From an uncultured Candidatus Planktophila sp. (GTDB lineage Bacteria; Actinomycetota; Actinomycetes; Nanopelagicales; Nanopelagicaceae): a stretch of DNA of 64,000 nt. The stretch's first letter is position 1. Every line of letters begins with the position of its first letter. Below, piece after piece: positions 40,434 to 52,616 of this stretch. The notes under the pieces were generated by a model. That model was not told the origin of the DNA, did no database searches, and was given only the letters and a program-made list of their open reading frames with translations. The position numbers and the translations under genes were made by a program. Where the stretch lies: NCBI GenBank assembly GCA_964462495.1, contig CAYWWZ010000001.1:69-64068 (forward strand), written 5' to 3'.

Positions 40434-42173
40434 CTACTCCTTTGGAGGAGTCCAATCAATTGCCGCCTCTTTTCGCTGTGCTGGGGTAATTGGAGTTGGT
40501 GCACCAGTGAGAGGGTCGCCACCGCTAGCTGTCTTCGGAAACGCAATAACTTCACGTATCGAATCCGAACCTGTGAGAAGAGCGCACACTCGATCCAGGC
40601 CAAGTGCGATTCCACCATGTGGCGGTGGGCCATAGTTGAAAGCTTCAAGGAGAAAGCCGAATTTGCTTTGCGCTTCGTCATCGCTTAAACCAATAACGGA
40701 AAAGACATCCTTCTGAATATTTCTATCGTGAATACGAATTGATCCTCCGCCAAGTTCGGTTCCGTTAAGAACGATGTCATATGCATAGGCAAGCGCTGAT
40801 GCAGGATCGCTTCTAAATGAATGGGCAAATTCAGGCTTGGGTCCAGTAAATGGATGGTGCACCGCAGTCCAACCACCATTGTCGGTTGGTTCGAACATGG
40901 GGGCATCTACAACCCAGAGGAATTCCCATGCATGTACATCTATCAGGTTGCAACGTTTTCCGATTTCTAAACGTGCCGCACCTAATAACTGTTGGGAAGA
41001 GGCACGTTCACCAGCGGCAAAGAAGATGGCATCTCCTGGCTTGGCTCCAACGAATGACGCGATACCTGCCTGTTCACTCTGTGAAATATTTTTTGCAACA
41101 GGCCCACCAAGAGATCCATCTGCATTAACCAGGATATACGCGATTCCTCTTGCGCCTCTTGCCTTTGCCCAATCCTGCCAAGCATCTAACTCGCGTCGAG
41201 GAGAATCAGCTCCTCCTGGCATGACTACTGCTCCGACGTAAGGCGCTTGGAAGACGCGGAATTCAGTTTTAGAGAAATATTGTGTGACATCAACGAGCTC
41301 TAAACCAAAACGTAAATCGGGTTTATCCGATCCGTATTTATCCATTGCGTCGGCATAGGTCATATGACGTATAGGAGTTGGAATGTCGTAACCAACAGCT
41401 TCCTTCCACACCTTCACCAGAATCTTTTCGGCGACAGCTAAGACATCAGCTTGATCAACAAAAGACATCTCAATATCTAGTTGCGTGAACTCAGGTTGGC
41501 GATCAGCGCGAAAATCCTCATCACGGAAGCATCGTGCAATTTGGTAGTAACGTTCCATTCCTGCCACCATCAACAATTGTTTAAACAACTGGGGTGACTG
41601 AGGAAGTGCATACCAACTGCCAGGTTGAAGTCGGACGGGAACCAAAAAGTCTCGCGCACCTTCTGGCGTTGATCGAGTGAGGTACGGTGTTTCGATTTCT
41701 AGAAAATCTAACTCATCCATCACGCCACGGATCGCTGAAGTAACCTTTGAACGCAGTCTTAGATTTGCAGCAGGACCCTCTCTTCGAAGATCCAAGTAGC
41801 GATATCGCAACCTCACTTCCTCTGAGATATCTACCTCTGAGCCAGAGTCAACCGGAAAAGGGAGAGGTGCAGATTCACTCAAAACAACTACAGAATCTCC
41901 CATGACCTCGATTTCCCCGGTCGGAATATTTGAATTCTCATTTCCCGCAGGTCGAAGAGAAACCTCGCCTGTTATTTGTAGGCACCACTCGGCTCTCAAT
42001 TGCCCAGCGAGTTTCTCATCACGAATGACAACCTGTACCGAACCTGTCGCATCACGAAGATCAATGAATGCCACTCCACCGTGATCTCGACGACGCGCAA
42101 CCCATCCTGCAAGGGTTACTGTCTGCCCAGCATGCGATGCCCGCAGCGATCCTGCATCATGATTTCTCAGCAT
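40434..42173 (-). CDS. aspS: Aspartate--tRNA ligase (probably non-discriminating Asp/Asn)
   Basis: RRRDHGG (His typical of ND type), [38 protein letters not shown]. Confidence 0.96.
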   Translation of the reverse strand: MLRNHDAGSLRASHAGQTVTLAGWVARRRDHGGVAFIDLRDATGSVQVVIRDEKLAGQLRAEWCLQITGEVSLRPAGNENSNIPTGEIEVMGDSVVVLSESAPLPFPVDSGSEVDISEEVRLRYRYLDLRREGPAANLRLRSKVTSAIRGVMDELDFLEIETPYLTRSTPEGARDFLVPVRLQPGSWYALPQSPQLFKQLLMVAGMERYYQIARCFRDEDFRADRQPEFTQLDIEMSFVDQADVLAVAEKILVKVWKEAVGYDIPTPIRHMTYADAMDKYGSDKPDLRFGLELVDVTQYFSKTEFRVFQAPYVGAVVMPGGADSPRRELDAWQDWAKARGARGIAYILVNADGSLGGPVAKNISQSEQAGIASFVGAKPGDAIFFAAGERASSQQLLGAARLEIGKRCNLIDVHAWEFLWVVDAPMFEPTDNGGWTAVHHPFTGPKPEFAHSFRSDPASALAYAYDIVLNGTELGGGSIRIHDRNIQKDVFSVIGLSDDEAQSKFGFLLEAFNYGPPPHGGIALGLDRVCALLTGSDSIREVIAFPKTASGGDPLTGAPTPITPAQRKEAAIDWTPPKE

Positions 42174-42181
42174 TAGTTAAC

Positions 42182-43471
42182 CTATTTCCTCAAAACTTTG
42201 GAGTGTGTACTCAGCAGAGCCTGAAACTCCGCTGGCAATTGCGCAATCCTAACTGAAGTTATCGCTCCATCTTCCATGCGTTTAACTTCTACTTCCCCAG
42301 CAGCTATTTCGGCATCTCCGAGAACAATCACGAAACGCGCGCCAGATTTATCCGCCGCTTTCATGGCCCCCTTCAAAGCTCGGTCCCCAAAGGCAATCTC
42401 TGTCGAAATTCCTTGCTGTCGCAATTGGTCAGCAATCCTGAGTGCAGAGACCTTAGCCTCTTCACCTAATGGAATAAGAAAAAGATCTGAATTAAATTCT
42501 TGGCTTGGTAGAACATTTTCTGCGCTAGCAGCTAACAACACACGATCGACGCCTAGACCAAAGCCAATACCAGAGAGTGGCTGACCGCCAAGGATTTCCA
42601 TGAGACCGTCATAACGACCTCCACCGCCGATTCCACTTTGGGCTCCGAGATCAGAATGCGTAAATTCAAAGGTGGTTCCAGTGTAGTAATCCAGACCTCG
42701 AACCATACGAGGGTTGATGACAAACTCAATCTTGAGTTCTGTGAGATAGCGCTGCACTTTGTCAAAGTTTGCTGCCGCTTCCTTCGATAAATAATCAAGT
42801 AACAGCGGCGCATCGGCCATCGCTTCAATCATTTCCGGTCGTTTGTCATCAAAGAGTCTCAAAGGATTTATTTGTGCTCGGGCCCGAGTAGCATCATCAA
42901 GATCTAATCTCTGGTAGAACTTCAAGAGATCCTCACGATGCGCGCCTCGCGATTCTCCATCACCCAAAGAAGTTATCTGCAAGGTGAAATTATTGAGCCC
43001 AATCTTCTTAAAGCCTTGATAAGCGACAGAGATTACTTCGGCATCTATTGCCGGATCGTCAATACCAATCGCCTCGATTCCAACTTGGTAGAACTGTCGA
43101 TACCGGCCCGCTTGAGGACGCTCCGCCCGGAAATATTGACCTGAGTACCAAACTTTCACTGGCAGTTGGCCGCGATCTAAATTCTGTTCGATAACAGCGC
43201 GCATTACCCCGGCGGTTCCTTCAGGTCGAAGAGTCAGTGAGCGACCACCACGATCTTCGAATGTGTACATCTCCTTTGTTACCACGTCAGTTGATTCGCC
43301 AACCCCACGAGAAAAAAGGTTAGTATCTTCAAACACAGGCAATTCCATAAGTTGATAGCCTGCAAGACGAGCCGGGGAGATTAATTGCTCACGTACCCAT
43401 TCAAAAGCCTGTGACTCAGGGGGCAAGTACTCCCTCACTCCCTTTGGAGCTTGAATCTTCTCGTACTTCAT
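42182..43471 (-). CDS. hisS: Histidine--tRNA ligase
   Basis: [34 protein letters not shown]. Confidence 0.97.
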   Translation of the reverse strand: MKYEKIQAPKGVREYLPPESQAFEWVREQLISPARLAGYQLMELPVFEDTNLFSRGVGESTDVVTKEMYTFEDRGGRSLTLRPEGTAGVMRAVIEQNLDRGQLPVKVWYSGQYFRAERPQAGRYRQFYQVGIEAIGIDDPAIDAEVISVAYQGFKKIGLNNFTLQITSLGDGESRGAHREDLLKFYQRLDLDDATRARAQINPLRLFDDKRPEMIEAMADAPLLLDYLSKEAAANFDKVQRYLTELKIEFVINPRMVRGLDYYTGTTFEFTHSDLGAQSGIGGGGRYDGLMEILGGQPLSGIGFGLGVDRVLLAASAENVLPSQEFNSDLFLIPLGEEAKVSALRIADQLRQQGISTEIAFGDRALKGAMKAADKSGARFVIVLGDAEIAAGEVEVKRMEDGAITSVRIAQLPAEFQALLSTHSKVLRK

Positions 43472-44124
43472 GCCGACAATTCTTTCAGATATGGATTGTT
43501 TTTTCGCTCGAATTTAATTGTGGTTTCAGGTCCATGACCTGGTAGCACACGTAAATCATCACTTAGTGGCAGAACCCTACTCTTCAGTGTTTGAACCATC
43601 TGACTAGAACTTCCAGTGGGCAAGTCTGTTCTTCCAATGGAACCTGCAAAGAGAACATCCCCGCTGAGAAGCAATTCATCATTGACAGTAAACATCACAG
43701 ATCCACGAGTATGGCCAGGCGCATGGATGGTTTCAATTTTCAAGCCCAACAGATCCAACGTAAAACCATTTTTCAGCTCATTCACTTGCTTTGGTTCCTG
43801 GAAAACCAATCCCTCCAACTGTTTGCGAAATTCGGGTCCCACTATCTCACCAGGAAATTCTAAAAATCTACGATCCTCAGAGTGGATATAGGTTGGGATG
43901 TCATATCCATCCGCTAATGGCTTTATCGAAAAATGATGATCCAGGTGTCCATGTGTAATCAAGGCAATAACGGGTTTAAGGCGAAATTCTTCGACAATCA
44001 ATCTGATTTCCGTAGAGATATCCGGCATTCCAGGATCAACAATGATGCATTCTCCCCCTGCCTCAGGTGCAATCACCCAACAATTTGTGGCGAACATGGG
44101 GGCCGGGAATGACCGAACAAGCAT
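43468..44124 (-). CDS. MBL-fold metallo-hydrolase (glyoxalase II-like)
   Basis: THGHLDH, PGHT, GD.LF, PGHG; ATG 44124 follows SD AAGGGG. Confidence 0.9.
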   Translation of the reverse strand: MLVRSFPAPMFATNCWVIAPEAGGECIIVDPGMPDISTEIRLIVEEFRLKPVIALITHGHLDHHFSIKPLADGYDIPTYIHSEDRRFLEFPGEIVGPEFRKQLEGLVFQEPKQVNELKNGFTLDLLGLKIETIHAPGHTRGSVMFTVNDELLLSGDVLFAGSIGRTDLPTGSSSQMVQTLKSRVLPLSDDLRVLPGHGPETTIKFERKNNPYLKELSA

Positions 44125-44269
44125 GACGGTCACCCCTTATTCTCGCGTGGATTTACTGCTTCAGGATGCACAGGGTACCTTTGACCTCTACAGAATCTAC
44201 GCATCTGACAACGAAGGCAAGAGGCGCGACAGCCAGTCCCATCTTGCTAACGCGCCAAAGGGGATCACA

Positions 44270-45589
44270 ATGACTGATGTAAATCCAACAACTCTCGCTC
44301 AGACTCATCCGCAGCCAACAAGTGCTGCATCAGCCCTGATTGGTGATCCTGCAAAATTTGGACGAGTTGCTGAAGATGGAACTGTTTTCGTGCGAACACC
44401 AGAGGGCGAGAAAGCAGTTGGCTCTTATCCAGGAAAATCTGCCGAAGAAGCGCTCGCATACTTTGTTCGAAAGTTCGAGGCGTTAGCGTCAGAAGTTGCT
44501 CTCACTGCAGCACGAATCACGAGTGGCGCTATGGTTCCGCAAGATGCTTACGAAGCTGTGAAAAAGTTACGCCAACAAGTTCGTGAACTAAATGGAGTCG
44601 GTGATTTGGCAGCCCTCGCTCTTTCGGTTGATCAGATAGAACCACTCATTGAGGGACACCGCGAAGCGTATGAGGCGAAAAAAGCGGCTGAGGCAGCAGC
44701 AAAGGCTGCTCGCCGTGAGCAAATTTTGATTGAGAAAGAGAAGATTGTCGCAGAAGCTGAATCATTGGCACTTTCCGAAAATTGGAAAGCTACCGGAGAT
44801 CGACTCAAAGCACTTCTTGACGAATGGAAAGCTGCTCCTCGCTTAGATAAGAAAAGTGATGCAGAATTTTGGAAGAGATTCTCTGCTTCTCGCAACAAGT
44901 TTGATAAGCGCCGCCGCACTCACTTTGCCCAACTGGAAGCCACCGCCGGAAAAGTTTCGGAGGCAAAATCCGCCCTTGTTGCAGAAGCTGAGAAATTAGC
45001 GACCTCAACAGAGTGGCTACCTACAGCACGCCGCTTCAAAGAACTTATGGATCAATGGAAAGCCGCTGGACGTGGCAAGAAGAACGAGGATGCAAAACTC
45101 TGGGCGCGCTTTAAAGCAGCTCAAGACCAATTCTTCGCAGCTAAAAACGCCGATTTGGAAAAGCGTGAAGTTTCTATGGCCGCAAATCTCCTCAAGCGCG
45201 AAGAATTAGTTGTTCAAATTGAGGCTCTTGTTCCATTCACAGATCTCAAGGCAACAAAGAGCGCATTCCGTGAACTAATGCGCAGTTGGGACAAGATTGG
45301 AATTACCCATCGAGATAAGAGAGCGGCTTTTGATGCTCGTATTGCGAAAGTGGAAGAGGCGATAAAGGCAGCCGATGCAGATCTCGCGCGCAAGACTGAT
45401 CCCGGTGCCAAGGCGCGTGCCGCAGAGGTAGTGGCGCAGTTAACGGCCTCTATCGAGAGCTATCAAAAGGTTGCAAGTAAGGCAGAGGCTGCAGGCAATA
45501 CAAAGAAGGCTCAAGAGGCTCGAGAGTCAGCTGAGGCACGAAAGTCCTGGCTGATTGAAGCTCAAAAGCATCTCGCTGAATTCAATTAA
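44270..45589 (+). CDS. DUF349 repeat protein
   Basis: FGRVAEDGTVFVR N-terminus; repeated W......L...WK..G......LW.RF units; ATG 44270 after SD AAAGGGG; syntenic beside rel. Confidence 0.85.
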   Translation: MTDVNPTTLAQTHPQPTSAASALIGDPAKFGRVAEDGTVFVRTPEGEKAVGSYPGKSAEEALAYFVRKFEALASEVALTAARITSGAMVPQDAYEAVKKLRQQVRELNGVGDLAALALSVDQIEPLIEGHREAYEAKKAAEAAAKAARREQILIEKEKIVAEAESLALSENWKATGDRLKALLDEWKAAPRLDKKSDAEFWKRFSASRNKFDKRRRTHFAQLEATAGKVSEAKSALVAEAEKLATSTEWLPTARRFKELMDQWKAAGRGKKNEDAKLWARFKAAQDQFFAAKNADLEKREVSMAANLLKREELVVQIEALVPFTDLKATKSAFRELMRSWDKIGITHRDKRAAFDARIAKVEEAIKAADADLARKTDPGAKARAAEVVAQLTASIESYQKVASKAEAAGNTKKAQEARESAEARKSWLIEAQKHLAEFN

Positions 45590-45594
45590 TGAGG

Positions 45595-47769
45595 TTAAGT
45601 ACGATAAACGTCGTACACACCCTCCACGCTTCGAACCGCAGCAAGTACTGAGTCCAGGTGCTTGGCATCTGCCATTTCAAAGGTAAATCTTGAGATGGCG
45701 ACGCGATCCTTCGAGGTGCTCACGGCCGCACTCAGAATATTTACATGCTGCTCTGAAAGCGTTCGAGTTACATCAGCCAACAATCGAGCTCGATCGAGCG
45801 CTTCTACTTGAATATTGACTAGGAAGACGCTGGCAGCACCTGGTAGCCACCTAACTCCTACAACGCGCTCTGCTTGATGTTTCTGTAAATCAGATGCGTT
45901 GACGCAATCCTCCCGGTGTACTGAGATGCCAGAGCCCTTCGTAATAAACCCCATAATGGAATCGCCAGGAACTGGGGTGCAACATCGAGCCAGTTTTACA
46001 AGTACATCATCGACGCCTTCTACTTCGATAGCGCTCGATGTGCGACGGGTTGTCTGAACCCCTGTGGGAATATTTTCCAATGTGGGTTCCGGATGAGAAT
46101 CTTCACTTCCTAGAGTTGCATTCAATTTTTCGACAATCGATGCTGCTGAGACATGTCCATCACCCACTGCGCTATACAGTGCATCGATATCGGCATAGTG
46201 AAGATCATGGGCGAGTTCAAGTAAGGAGTGACCTGCAAAGATCTTCTGGAGAGGGAGCCCCGCTTTTCTCATCTGGCGCGCAATGGATTCTCGACCAGCA
46301 TCGATTGCTTCCTCACGCCGTTCCTTACTAAACCAAGCTTTGATCTTTGACCTAGCGCGCGGACTCTTTACAAAGTTGAGCCAGTCACGACTAGGTCCCG
46401 CGTTCTCCCCCTTATTGGTGACGATTTCTACAACGTCTCCATTGTTCAACTTTGATTCAAGCGGAACTAATCGACCATTTACTTTTGCCCCCGCGCAGCG
46501 AAGCCCGACATCAGTGTGGACTGAAAAAGCAAAATCCACTGGGGTGGAGCCGCCGGGTAAGGCGATAACTGATCCTTTCGGGGTAAAGACAAAAACTTCA
46601 GGACTGCCCAAATCGAAACGGAGCGCCTCGAGAAATTCAGATGGATCCTCAGTCTCCTTTTGCCACTCATGCAATTGTCTTAGCCAGAGCATTTCCGGAG
46701 CATTACTATCGGCAGAACCTGTAGCACCATCAGATCCCTGCTTGTACTTCCAGTGAGCTGCGATACCGAATTCTGCACGAGAATGCATCTCGTAAGTTCT
46801 AATTTGAATCTCGATGGCCTTCCCGTTTGGCCCTATGACTGTCGTGTGCAGTGACTGATAGAGATTAAATTTCGGCATGGCGATGTAATCTTTAAATCTA
46901 CCCGGAACCGGACTCCACCGAGCGTGAATCGAACCGAGCACTGCATAGCAATCTCGAACATCGTTTACGAGTACCCGGATACCAACGAGATCGTAGATTT
47001 CATTGAACTCACGACCTCGAACTACCATCTTTTGATACACGCTGAAGTAGTGCTTCTTTCTTCCTGTAACGGTTGCCGATATTCCATCTCGTTGAAGATC
47101 TTCCTCCACATCAGCAATGACTTGCGAGGTGAGGGCATCTCGCGAAGGAGATCGCTCGGCAACCAGTCGAGAAATTTCTTCAAATTTCTTTGGCTCCAAT
47201 ACCGCAAAAGATAAATCTTCCAACTCCCACTTAATAGCATTCATTCCAAGTCTGTGCGCAAGTGGAGCGTAGATGTCTAACGTTTCGCGGGCTTTTCTGT
47301 GAGCAGTCTCAGATGAAACAAAACTCCAGGTGCGAGCATTGTGAAGTCGGTCCGCCAACTTAATGACCAGCACGCGAATGTCACGAGACATCGCAATCAC
47401 CATCTTGCGGACGGTTTCAGCCTCCGCCGTTGGCCCGTAGGTCAATTTGTCGAGCTTGGTAACCCCGTCAACCAAATTGGCAATCTCATCTCCGAAATCA
47501 GCTCTCAATTGAGCTAAGGAGTACGGCGTATCTTCAACAGTATCGTGGAGTAGAGATGCAATCAGGGTTGTTTCATTGAGGCCTAGCTCAGCAAGTATTT
47601 GGGTAACTGCGACAGGATGAGTTATGTACTCTTCGCCAGATTTACGAAACTGACCCGCGTGTGCAGTTCGTGCTATCTCAAATGCTCGCTCAATCTCCGA
47701 AACTGACGCTTCAGGATGGTGCTCTCTGAGCGCATCAATTAAGGGTGCGATCAGAGGCAAGGTCTTCAT
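45595..47769 (-). CDS. relA: Bifunctional (p)ppGpp synthetase/hydrolase Rel
   Basis: HD hydrolase HDTVED, synthetase RFKDY..YQSLHT, EIQIRT, TGS, CC, ACT domains. Confidence 0.97.
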   Translation of the reverse strand: MKTLPLIAPLIDALREHHPEASVSEIERAFEIARTAHAGQFRKSGEEYITHPVAVTQILAELGLNETTLIASLLHDTVEDTPYSLAQLRADFGDEIANLVDGVTKLDKLTYGPTAEAETVRKMVIAMSRDIRVLVIKLADRLHNARTWSFVSSETAHRKARETLDIYAPLAHRLGMNAIKWELEDLSFAVLEPKKFEEISRLVAERSPSRDALTSQVIADVEEDLQRDGISATVTGRKKHYFSVYQKMVVRGREFNEIYDLVGIRVLVNDVRDCYAVLGSIHARWSPVPGRFKDYIAMPKFNLYQSLHTTVIGPNGKAIEIQIRTYEMHSRAEFGIAAHWKYKQGSDGATGSADSNAPEMLWLRQLHEWQKETEDPSEFLEALRFDLGSPEVFVFTPKGSVIALPGGSTPVDFAFSVHTDVGLRCAGAKVNGRLVPLESKLNNGDVVEIVTNKGENAGPSRDWLNFVKSPRARSKIKAWFSKERREEAIDAGRESIARQMRKAGLPLQKIFAGHSLLELAHDLHYADIDALYSAVGDGHVSAASIVEKLNATLGSEDSHPEPTLENIPTGVQTTRRTSSAIEVEGVDDVLVKLARCCTPVPGDSIMGFITKGSGISVHREDCVNASDLQKHQAERVVGVRWLPGAASVFLVNIQVEALDRARLLADVTRTLSEQHVNILSAAVSTSKDRVAISRFTFEMADAKHLDSVLAAVRSVEGVYDVYRT

Positions 47770-47781
47770 GGCGAGGAAAGG

Positions 47782-48816
47782 CTATTTACGGCCTTTACGT
47801 TTCTGCACGCTTCGGCGTGAAGGTCGTTCAGCGACCAATGTAGATGTATCACTGCCGCCACGAGCTGCTACTCGCTTTGCAAGGGCTTGCATCGCTGGTT
47901 CTCTCTCGCGCAATTGCGCCAAGAATGGTGGCGCAATAAAGAGCGAGGAATAGGTTCCAACGGCCAGTCCGATGAATAGCGCAAGAGACAAGTCCTTCAA
48001 GGTTCCAGCGCCAAGTAGCCCCGCACCGACGAAGAGGATTGATCCGACAGGAATCAGCGCGATGATCGAGGTGTTAAGAGAACGAACGATTGTCTGGTTA
48101 ACCGCTAGGTTTGCCGCTTGAGAGAAGGTAACTTTTCCGGTTGCTGCAATTGACTTGGTATTTTCACGGACCTTATCAAATACAACCACTGTGTCGTAAA
48201 GCGAATAACCCAAAATCGTTAAGAATCCAATGATTGTTGCGGGGGTGACATCAAATCCAACTAGTGCATAAATTCCAACGGTAATAAAGACGTCATGAAC
48301 TACCGCAAGAATTGCAGCAGCAGCCATCTTCGGTTCAAAGACCATTGCAAGGAAAATCATGATGACAAGTAGGAAGGCCAGCAATCCATACACTGCCTTT
48401 TTCGTAATTTCTTCTCCCCATGATGGACCTACAAGTTGCGTGTCAATTGACTCAGCAGGAACGTTGAATTTACTAGTCAACGCCGCCTCAACAGCCTGAG
48501 ATTGTGCAGGGTCAAGGGCGCCAGTCTGAATGCGAACTTTGGAATCACCAATCTTCTGAACGATAAATTCACCAGGAATATCAACGCTTTCAACCGCTTC
48601 ACGAGCCTCTTGAATCGTTGCTGAGGGTTCATTGACGGTAAATGAAGCGCCACCCTTAAATTCGATACCAAGCTTCAAACCTTGACTACCAAGTGCGAAG
48701 AATGAGATAGCAATAAAGAGAGCAGAGAATGCATACCATCGTTTACGGTTACCAACAATATTAAATGAGGTTTCTCCCGAGTAGAGACGTCCGCCTAGTC
48801 CAGATAGTTTCGCCAT
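47782..48816 (-). CDS. secF: Protein translocase subunit SecF
   Basis: GIEFKGG, VGPSWG, HDV, GYSLYDTVVVFDKVREN, RSLNT. Confidence 0.96.
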   Translation of the reverse strand: MAKLSGLGGRLYSGETSFNIVGNRKRWYAFSALFIAISFFALGSQGLKLGIEFKGGASFTVNEPSATIQEAREAVESVDIPGEFIVQKIGDSKVRIQTGALDPAQSQAVEAALTSKFNVPAESIDTQLVGPSWGEEITKKAVYGLLAFLLVIMIFLAMVFEPKMAAAAILAVVHDVFITVGIYALVGFDVTPATIIGFLTILGYSLYDTVVVFDKVRENTKSIAATGKVTFSQAANLAVNQTIVRSLNTSIIALIPVGSILFVGAGLLGAGTLKDLSLALFIGLAVGTYSSLFIAPPFLAQLREREPAMQALAKRVAARGGSDTSTLVAERPSRRSVQKRKGRK

Positions 48817-48819
48817 TTC

Positions 48820-50370
48820 TTACGCCTCCTGTGGTGTTGCAGATTGAGCAATTTTTGCGTTCTTATCCTTCATGCCAACGCTCTTTGGAGAAAGACCAGA
48901 GAGTGGATGTCCCGAGGCGAAGAATTTCCAGCGAGAAACCAGGGTAACCATCGGCTTGGTGAAGAGGAAGACGATCAATAGGTCGATGATTGTTGTCAAA
49001 CCCAATGTGAAGGCAAAGCCTCGAACCCCGCCCACTGCGAAGAAATACAAGAGGAAGGCTGCAATCAGTGAAACCAAGTCAGCGACAATAATCGTGCGCC
49101 GCGCACGTGCCCATCCCGTTTCAACCGCAGTGCGAAGTGTTCGACCTTCACGAAGTTCATCTCGAATTCTCTCAAAGTAGACGATAAAGGAGTCGGCCGT
49201 AACACCAATTGCGACGATGGTTCCTGCAATTCCCGCAAGGGTAAGAGTGAAACCAATCGTCTTGCCAAGTACTAGGAACAATAGGTACATCATGGTTGCT
49301 GCAATTGCTAGAGATCCAACAATGACAATTCCCAATCCCCGGTAGTAGGCCACAGAGAAAAGCACTACTAAACCAAGTCCGAGCGCTCCAGCGAGAAGTC
49401 CAGCTTCCAACTGATCTTGTCCCAAGGTTGGTGAAACTTGTTGTACTTCGCCACGATCAAAGGCCAGTGGTAGCGCTCCGTATTTAAGAACGTTTGCAAG
49501 ATCTTGCGCTTCGACTTGAGTAAATGAACCAGTAATTTGTGCTTCACCTGACGGAATTGCTTCACGAATAGAAGGGGCAGAAACCACCAAACCGTCGAGG
49601 ACAATGGCAACTTGATTTTGTGGTGATGGTAGAGAAGTTACTCGCGCAGTTTGTGCACCAAATGCTTTTGTTCCTTCACCGTCGAAGGTAAGTGAGACAA
49701 ACCAAGCGCTTGCTCCCTGTTGATCAATACCAGCTGATGCTTCTGAGACTTGTTGTCCAAGAACTTCTGCTGGACCCAAAATGTATTTCGCACCGCCATC
49801 GCGTGCACAAGCAACGATTGTCTCGGCAGGAGAATCTGCACCCGTTCCCTGCAGATTGGCTGGGTTGGTACAGTCAAGCGCGGCAAAACGTGCGTTGAGT
49901 TCAGGTGAAATTCCGGGCGCAGGAGTTGCTGCCCCGCCACCGGCACCAGCAAGCGCCGATGATTCAGCGAGAACTTGTCTAAAACGTAACTCTGCAGTTT
50001 GTCCTACTAAGTCAACGACGCGACGACCTGATTCACCAGGGACTGAGATGACAATCTGTCGATTGGTTCCACTGCCTTGCGCGGTAACCTCTGATTCAGC
50101 CACGCCAACTGAGTCAACGCGTTGGCGAATGATTGAAACGGCCTGATCAATCGCTTCTGACGTTACCTTGCCCGCTTCGGTTGATGCGCGAGGTTGCAAC
50201 GTCACGCTAGTTCCCCCACGGAGATCAAGACCTAATCGAACTGCTGTAGCACCTTGAATGAGCGCAGCTGCGAGAAGAGCGATGAGCATCGCTGCCAAGA
50301 TGGCAAGAGCCCTTCCTGGTCGTGCGCTGGTCTTGACGGGAGTCTTCACAGATGAATTTGATGTGGACAT
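48820..50370 (-). CDS. secD: Protein translocase subunit SecD
   Basis: LGLDLRGG, GALPL, VSPTLG, LAGIAG....IG...D..IV.FERI. Confidence 0.96.
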   Translation of the reverse strand: MSTSNSSVKTPVKTSARPGRALAILAAMLIALLAAALIQGATAVRLGLDLRGGTSVTLQPRASTEAGKVTSEAIDQAVSIIRQRVDSVGVAESEVTAQGSGTNRQIVISVPGESGRRVVDLVGQTAELRFRQVLAESSALAGAGGGAATPAPGISPELNARFAALDCTNPANLQGTGADSPAETIVACARDGGAKYILGPAEVLGQQVSEASAGIDQQGASAWFVSLTFDGEGTKAFGAQTARVTSLPSPQNQVAIVLDGLVVSAPSIREAIPSGEAQITGSFTQVEAQDLANVLKYGALPLAFDRGEVQQVSPTLGQDQLEAGLLAGALGLGLVVLFSVAYYRGLGIVIVGSLAIAATMMYLLFLVLGKTIGFTLTLAGIAGTIVAIGVTADSFIVYFERIRDELREGRTLRTAVETGWARARRTIIVADLVSLIAAFLLYFFAVGGVRGFAFTLGLTTIIDLLIVFLFTKPMVTLVSRWKFFASGHPLSGLSPKSVGMKDKNAKIAQSATPQEA

Positions 50371-50388
50371 AAGAGGAGAGTCTAGGCG

Positions 50389-51423
50389 TTACGTGCTAGG
50401 TGTGTCGAAAAGAGTCGCCGCGGTATCGGGTGGCGTTCGTCCCACGTGTGCAAATCCCGCAGGAGTTGCGACTCGACCACGAGGAGTACGGGCCATAAAG
50501 CCACTTCGAACGAGGAAGGGCTCGGCAACTGATTCGACGGTTTCAACTTCCTCGCCGACAGCAATCGCCAAAGTAGATAGCCCAACCGGTCCCCCATTAA
50601 ATCTTTCAATGAGTGCCAACAAGACAGAACGGTCCAACCTATCTAGCCCTTGTTCGTCAACTTCGTACATCTCTAGTGCGGCTTTGGCGTCGGAGTGAGT
50701 CAGCGAATGAGAACCGTGCACTTGAGCAAAGTCGCGAACACGTCTCAGGAGTCGATTTGCAATGCGTGGAGTTCCTCGAGAACGACTTGCGATCTCTGCA
50801 AGCGCCCTCTTGTCAACTTCAAGACCTAATAGAGATGAACTACGGATTAGTACTTCTTCAAGTTCGCTCTCTTCATAAAAATCTAAATGAGCTGTAAAGC
50901 CAAATCGATCACGAAGCGGGGATGGCAAAAGCCCCGCGCGCGTAGTCGCGCCAACCAATGTAAAACGTGGCAGCTGTAAGGGTATTGCAGTTGCTCCTGG
51001 TCCTTTTCCTACAACCACATCTACGCGAAAATCTTCCATTGCAAGATAGAGAAGTTCTTCTGCTGGACGAGGAAGTCTATGAATCTCGTCGAGAAAAAAA
51101 ATTTCTCCCTCTACAAGTGAGGAGAGAATTGCAGCTAGATCACCTGCGTGCGTTATTGCTGGACCGCTAGTGATACGAATAGGGGCCTGCATCTCCGAGG
51201 CAAGAATCAAGGCTAGGGTTGTCTTTCCTAAACCTGGTGGTCCAGAGAGAAGAATGTGATCGGCTGCAGCATTTCTCTTCCGAGCAGCACTCAACAGAAC
51301 ATCGATTTGCTGGCGAACTCGATGCTGTCCAATGAAATCGCCGAGAGTCTTCGGACGAAGTGCATGTTCGGCAGATAGTTCATCCGGTTGCTCAGTTGAG
51401 TCAACTATTCGCTCAGTGCTCAC
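50389..51423 (-). CDS. ruvB: Holliday junction DNA helicase RuvB
   Basis: [36 protein letters not shown]. Confidence 0.97.
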   Translation of the reverse strand: MSTERIVDSTEQPDELSAEHALRPKTLGDFIGQHRVRQQIDVLLSAARKRNAAADHILLSGPPGLGKTTLALILASEMQAPIRITSGPAITHAGDLAAILSSLVEGEIFFLDEIHRLPRPAEELLYLAMEDFRVDVVVGKGPGATAIPLQLPRFTLVGATTRAGLLPSPLRDRFGFTAHLDFYEESELEEVLIRSSSLLGLEVDKRALAEIASRSRGTPRIANRLLRRVRDFAQVHGSHSLTHSDAKAALEMYEVDEQGLDRLDRSVLLALIERFNGGPVGLSTLAIAVGEEVETVESVAEPFLVRSGFMARTPRGRVATPAGFAHVGRTPPDTAATLFDTPST

Positions 51424-52032
51424 CTAGCCACGCCTTCCGCTCTGCAACGCTTTTTTCAGCAGCTCTGAGAGTTCTGCTTCGCTTGGTTCGGTTCCCTTTT
51501 CAGCGTAATCAGAGGCAACAATGTTTATCGCTGTATCTGATTCTTTGGCGGTAAAGCCCAACGAGATTAAGGCTGAACTCAAATGCTCTCTCCACGCGGG
51601 TTGATGGCGTGTCATCTTGGCGGCTGAACCGAAATCTGAAATCTTGCCCTTCAGTTCCAAAATAATGCGCTGCGCTCCCTTGCGTCCAATACCAGGAACC
51701 TTTTCGATCGCCGAAATATCTTCTTGGGCAATTGCTAGGGCAAGTGATTGTGGGGAATGACTTCCCATAATAGCTAGCGCCACCTTGGGTCCAATTCCAG
51801 TTACAGTCTGGACAAGCTCGAACGTTGTACGACTCTCTTCGTCGAGAAATCCAAAAAGAGTTAAGGCATCTTCTCGAACAACCAGAGATGTAAAGAGCTG
51901 CACGGGAACACCGATGTTGAGATGCGTTCCCGTCTGATTTGTTATCGAAACACTGAGGCCCACTCCCCCAACTTCAATGACAACTTTTTCATTAGTAATC
52001 GATCGAACGATTCCATTAAGGAGCGAAATCAT
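51424..52032 (-). CDS. ruvA: Holliday junction DNA helicase RuvA
   Basis: VRED..LFGF, V.GIGPK.AL, VPGIG.KGAQR. Confidence 0.96.
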   Translation of the reverse strand: MISLLNGIVRSITNEKVVIEVGGVGLSVSITNQTGTHLNIGVPVQLFTSLVVREDALTLFGFLDEESRTTFELVQTVTGIGPKVALAIMGSHSPQSLALAIAQEDISAIEKVPGIGRKGAQRIILELKGKISDFGSAAKMTRHQPAWREHLSSALISLGFTAKESDTAINIVASDYAEKGTEPSEAELSELLKKALQSGRRG

Positions 52033-52583
52033 GGTTTCACCAGTTTCGCTATTCGTGATTTTTCAGCTTGGAGAGCATCTTCAATCTTGGAATTACCAGT
52101 GCCTCGCCAAAGGTGACAAATGGCAAGCGCCAGGGCATCCGTGCTATCGACTGGCTTTGGGATTTCATTTAGGTTGAGTAAGCGCTTGACCATCTGCGCT
52201 ACCTGAGTTTTATTGGCACGCCCAGAACCCGTAACTGCTGCCTTCACCTCAGAAGGTGTATGCATGGCCACCGGAATATTACGTCGCGCCGCAACTAGCA
52301 AAGCAATTCCTGCTGCTTGCCCTGTTCCCATCACTGTTCTGACATTGTGTTGTGAAAAAACTCTCTCTATGGCGATTACATCGGGATGATGCAGTGCAAT
52401 CCATTCTTCAAGTTCCACTTCTAACTGCAATAATCGCCGCTCTAGCGGGAGTTCGCTCGATGTCAGTATGACTCCCACTCCTATGAGCGATATCGGTTTG
52501 CCTACGCTGCCTTGAATCACGCCTATGCCACAACGCGTAAGGCCTGGATCTACTCCGAGGACGCGCTTATGTGGGTGGCTCAT
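52029..52583 (-). CDS. ruvC: Holliday junction resolvase RuvC
   Basis: LGVDPG, AIE..F, VK.AVTG.G.A.K, D..DALA.AICH. Confidence 0.96.
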   Translation of the reverse strand: MSHPHKRVLGVDPGLTRCGIGVIQGSVGKPISLIGVGVILTSSELPLERRLLQLEVELEEWIALHHPDVIAIERVFSQHNVRTVMGTGQAAGIALLVAARRNIPVAMHTPSEVKAAVTGSGRANKTQVAQMVKRLLNLNEIPKPVDSTDALALAICHLWRGTGNSKIEDALQAEKSRIAKLVKP

Positions 52584-52616
52584 AACTTCTAAGCCTAGGA
52601 CTAAGAAAGGTCTAGC

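Noticed and set aside
44042-44269. 76-aa N-terminal extension of the DUF349 ORF
   Set aside because: Overlaps the divergent MBL gene; SD and family similarity begin at or after ATG 44270.
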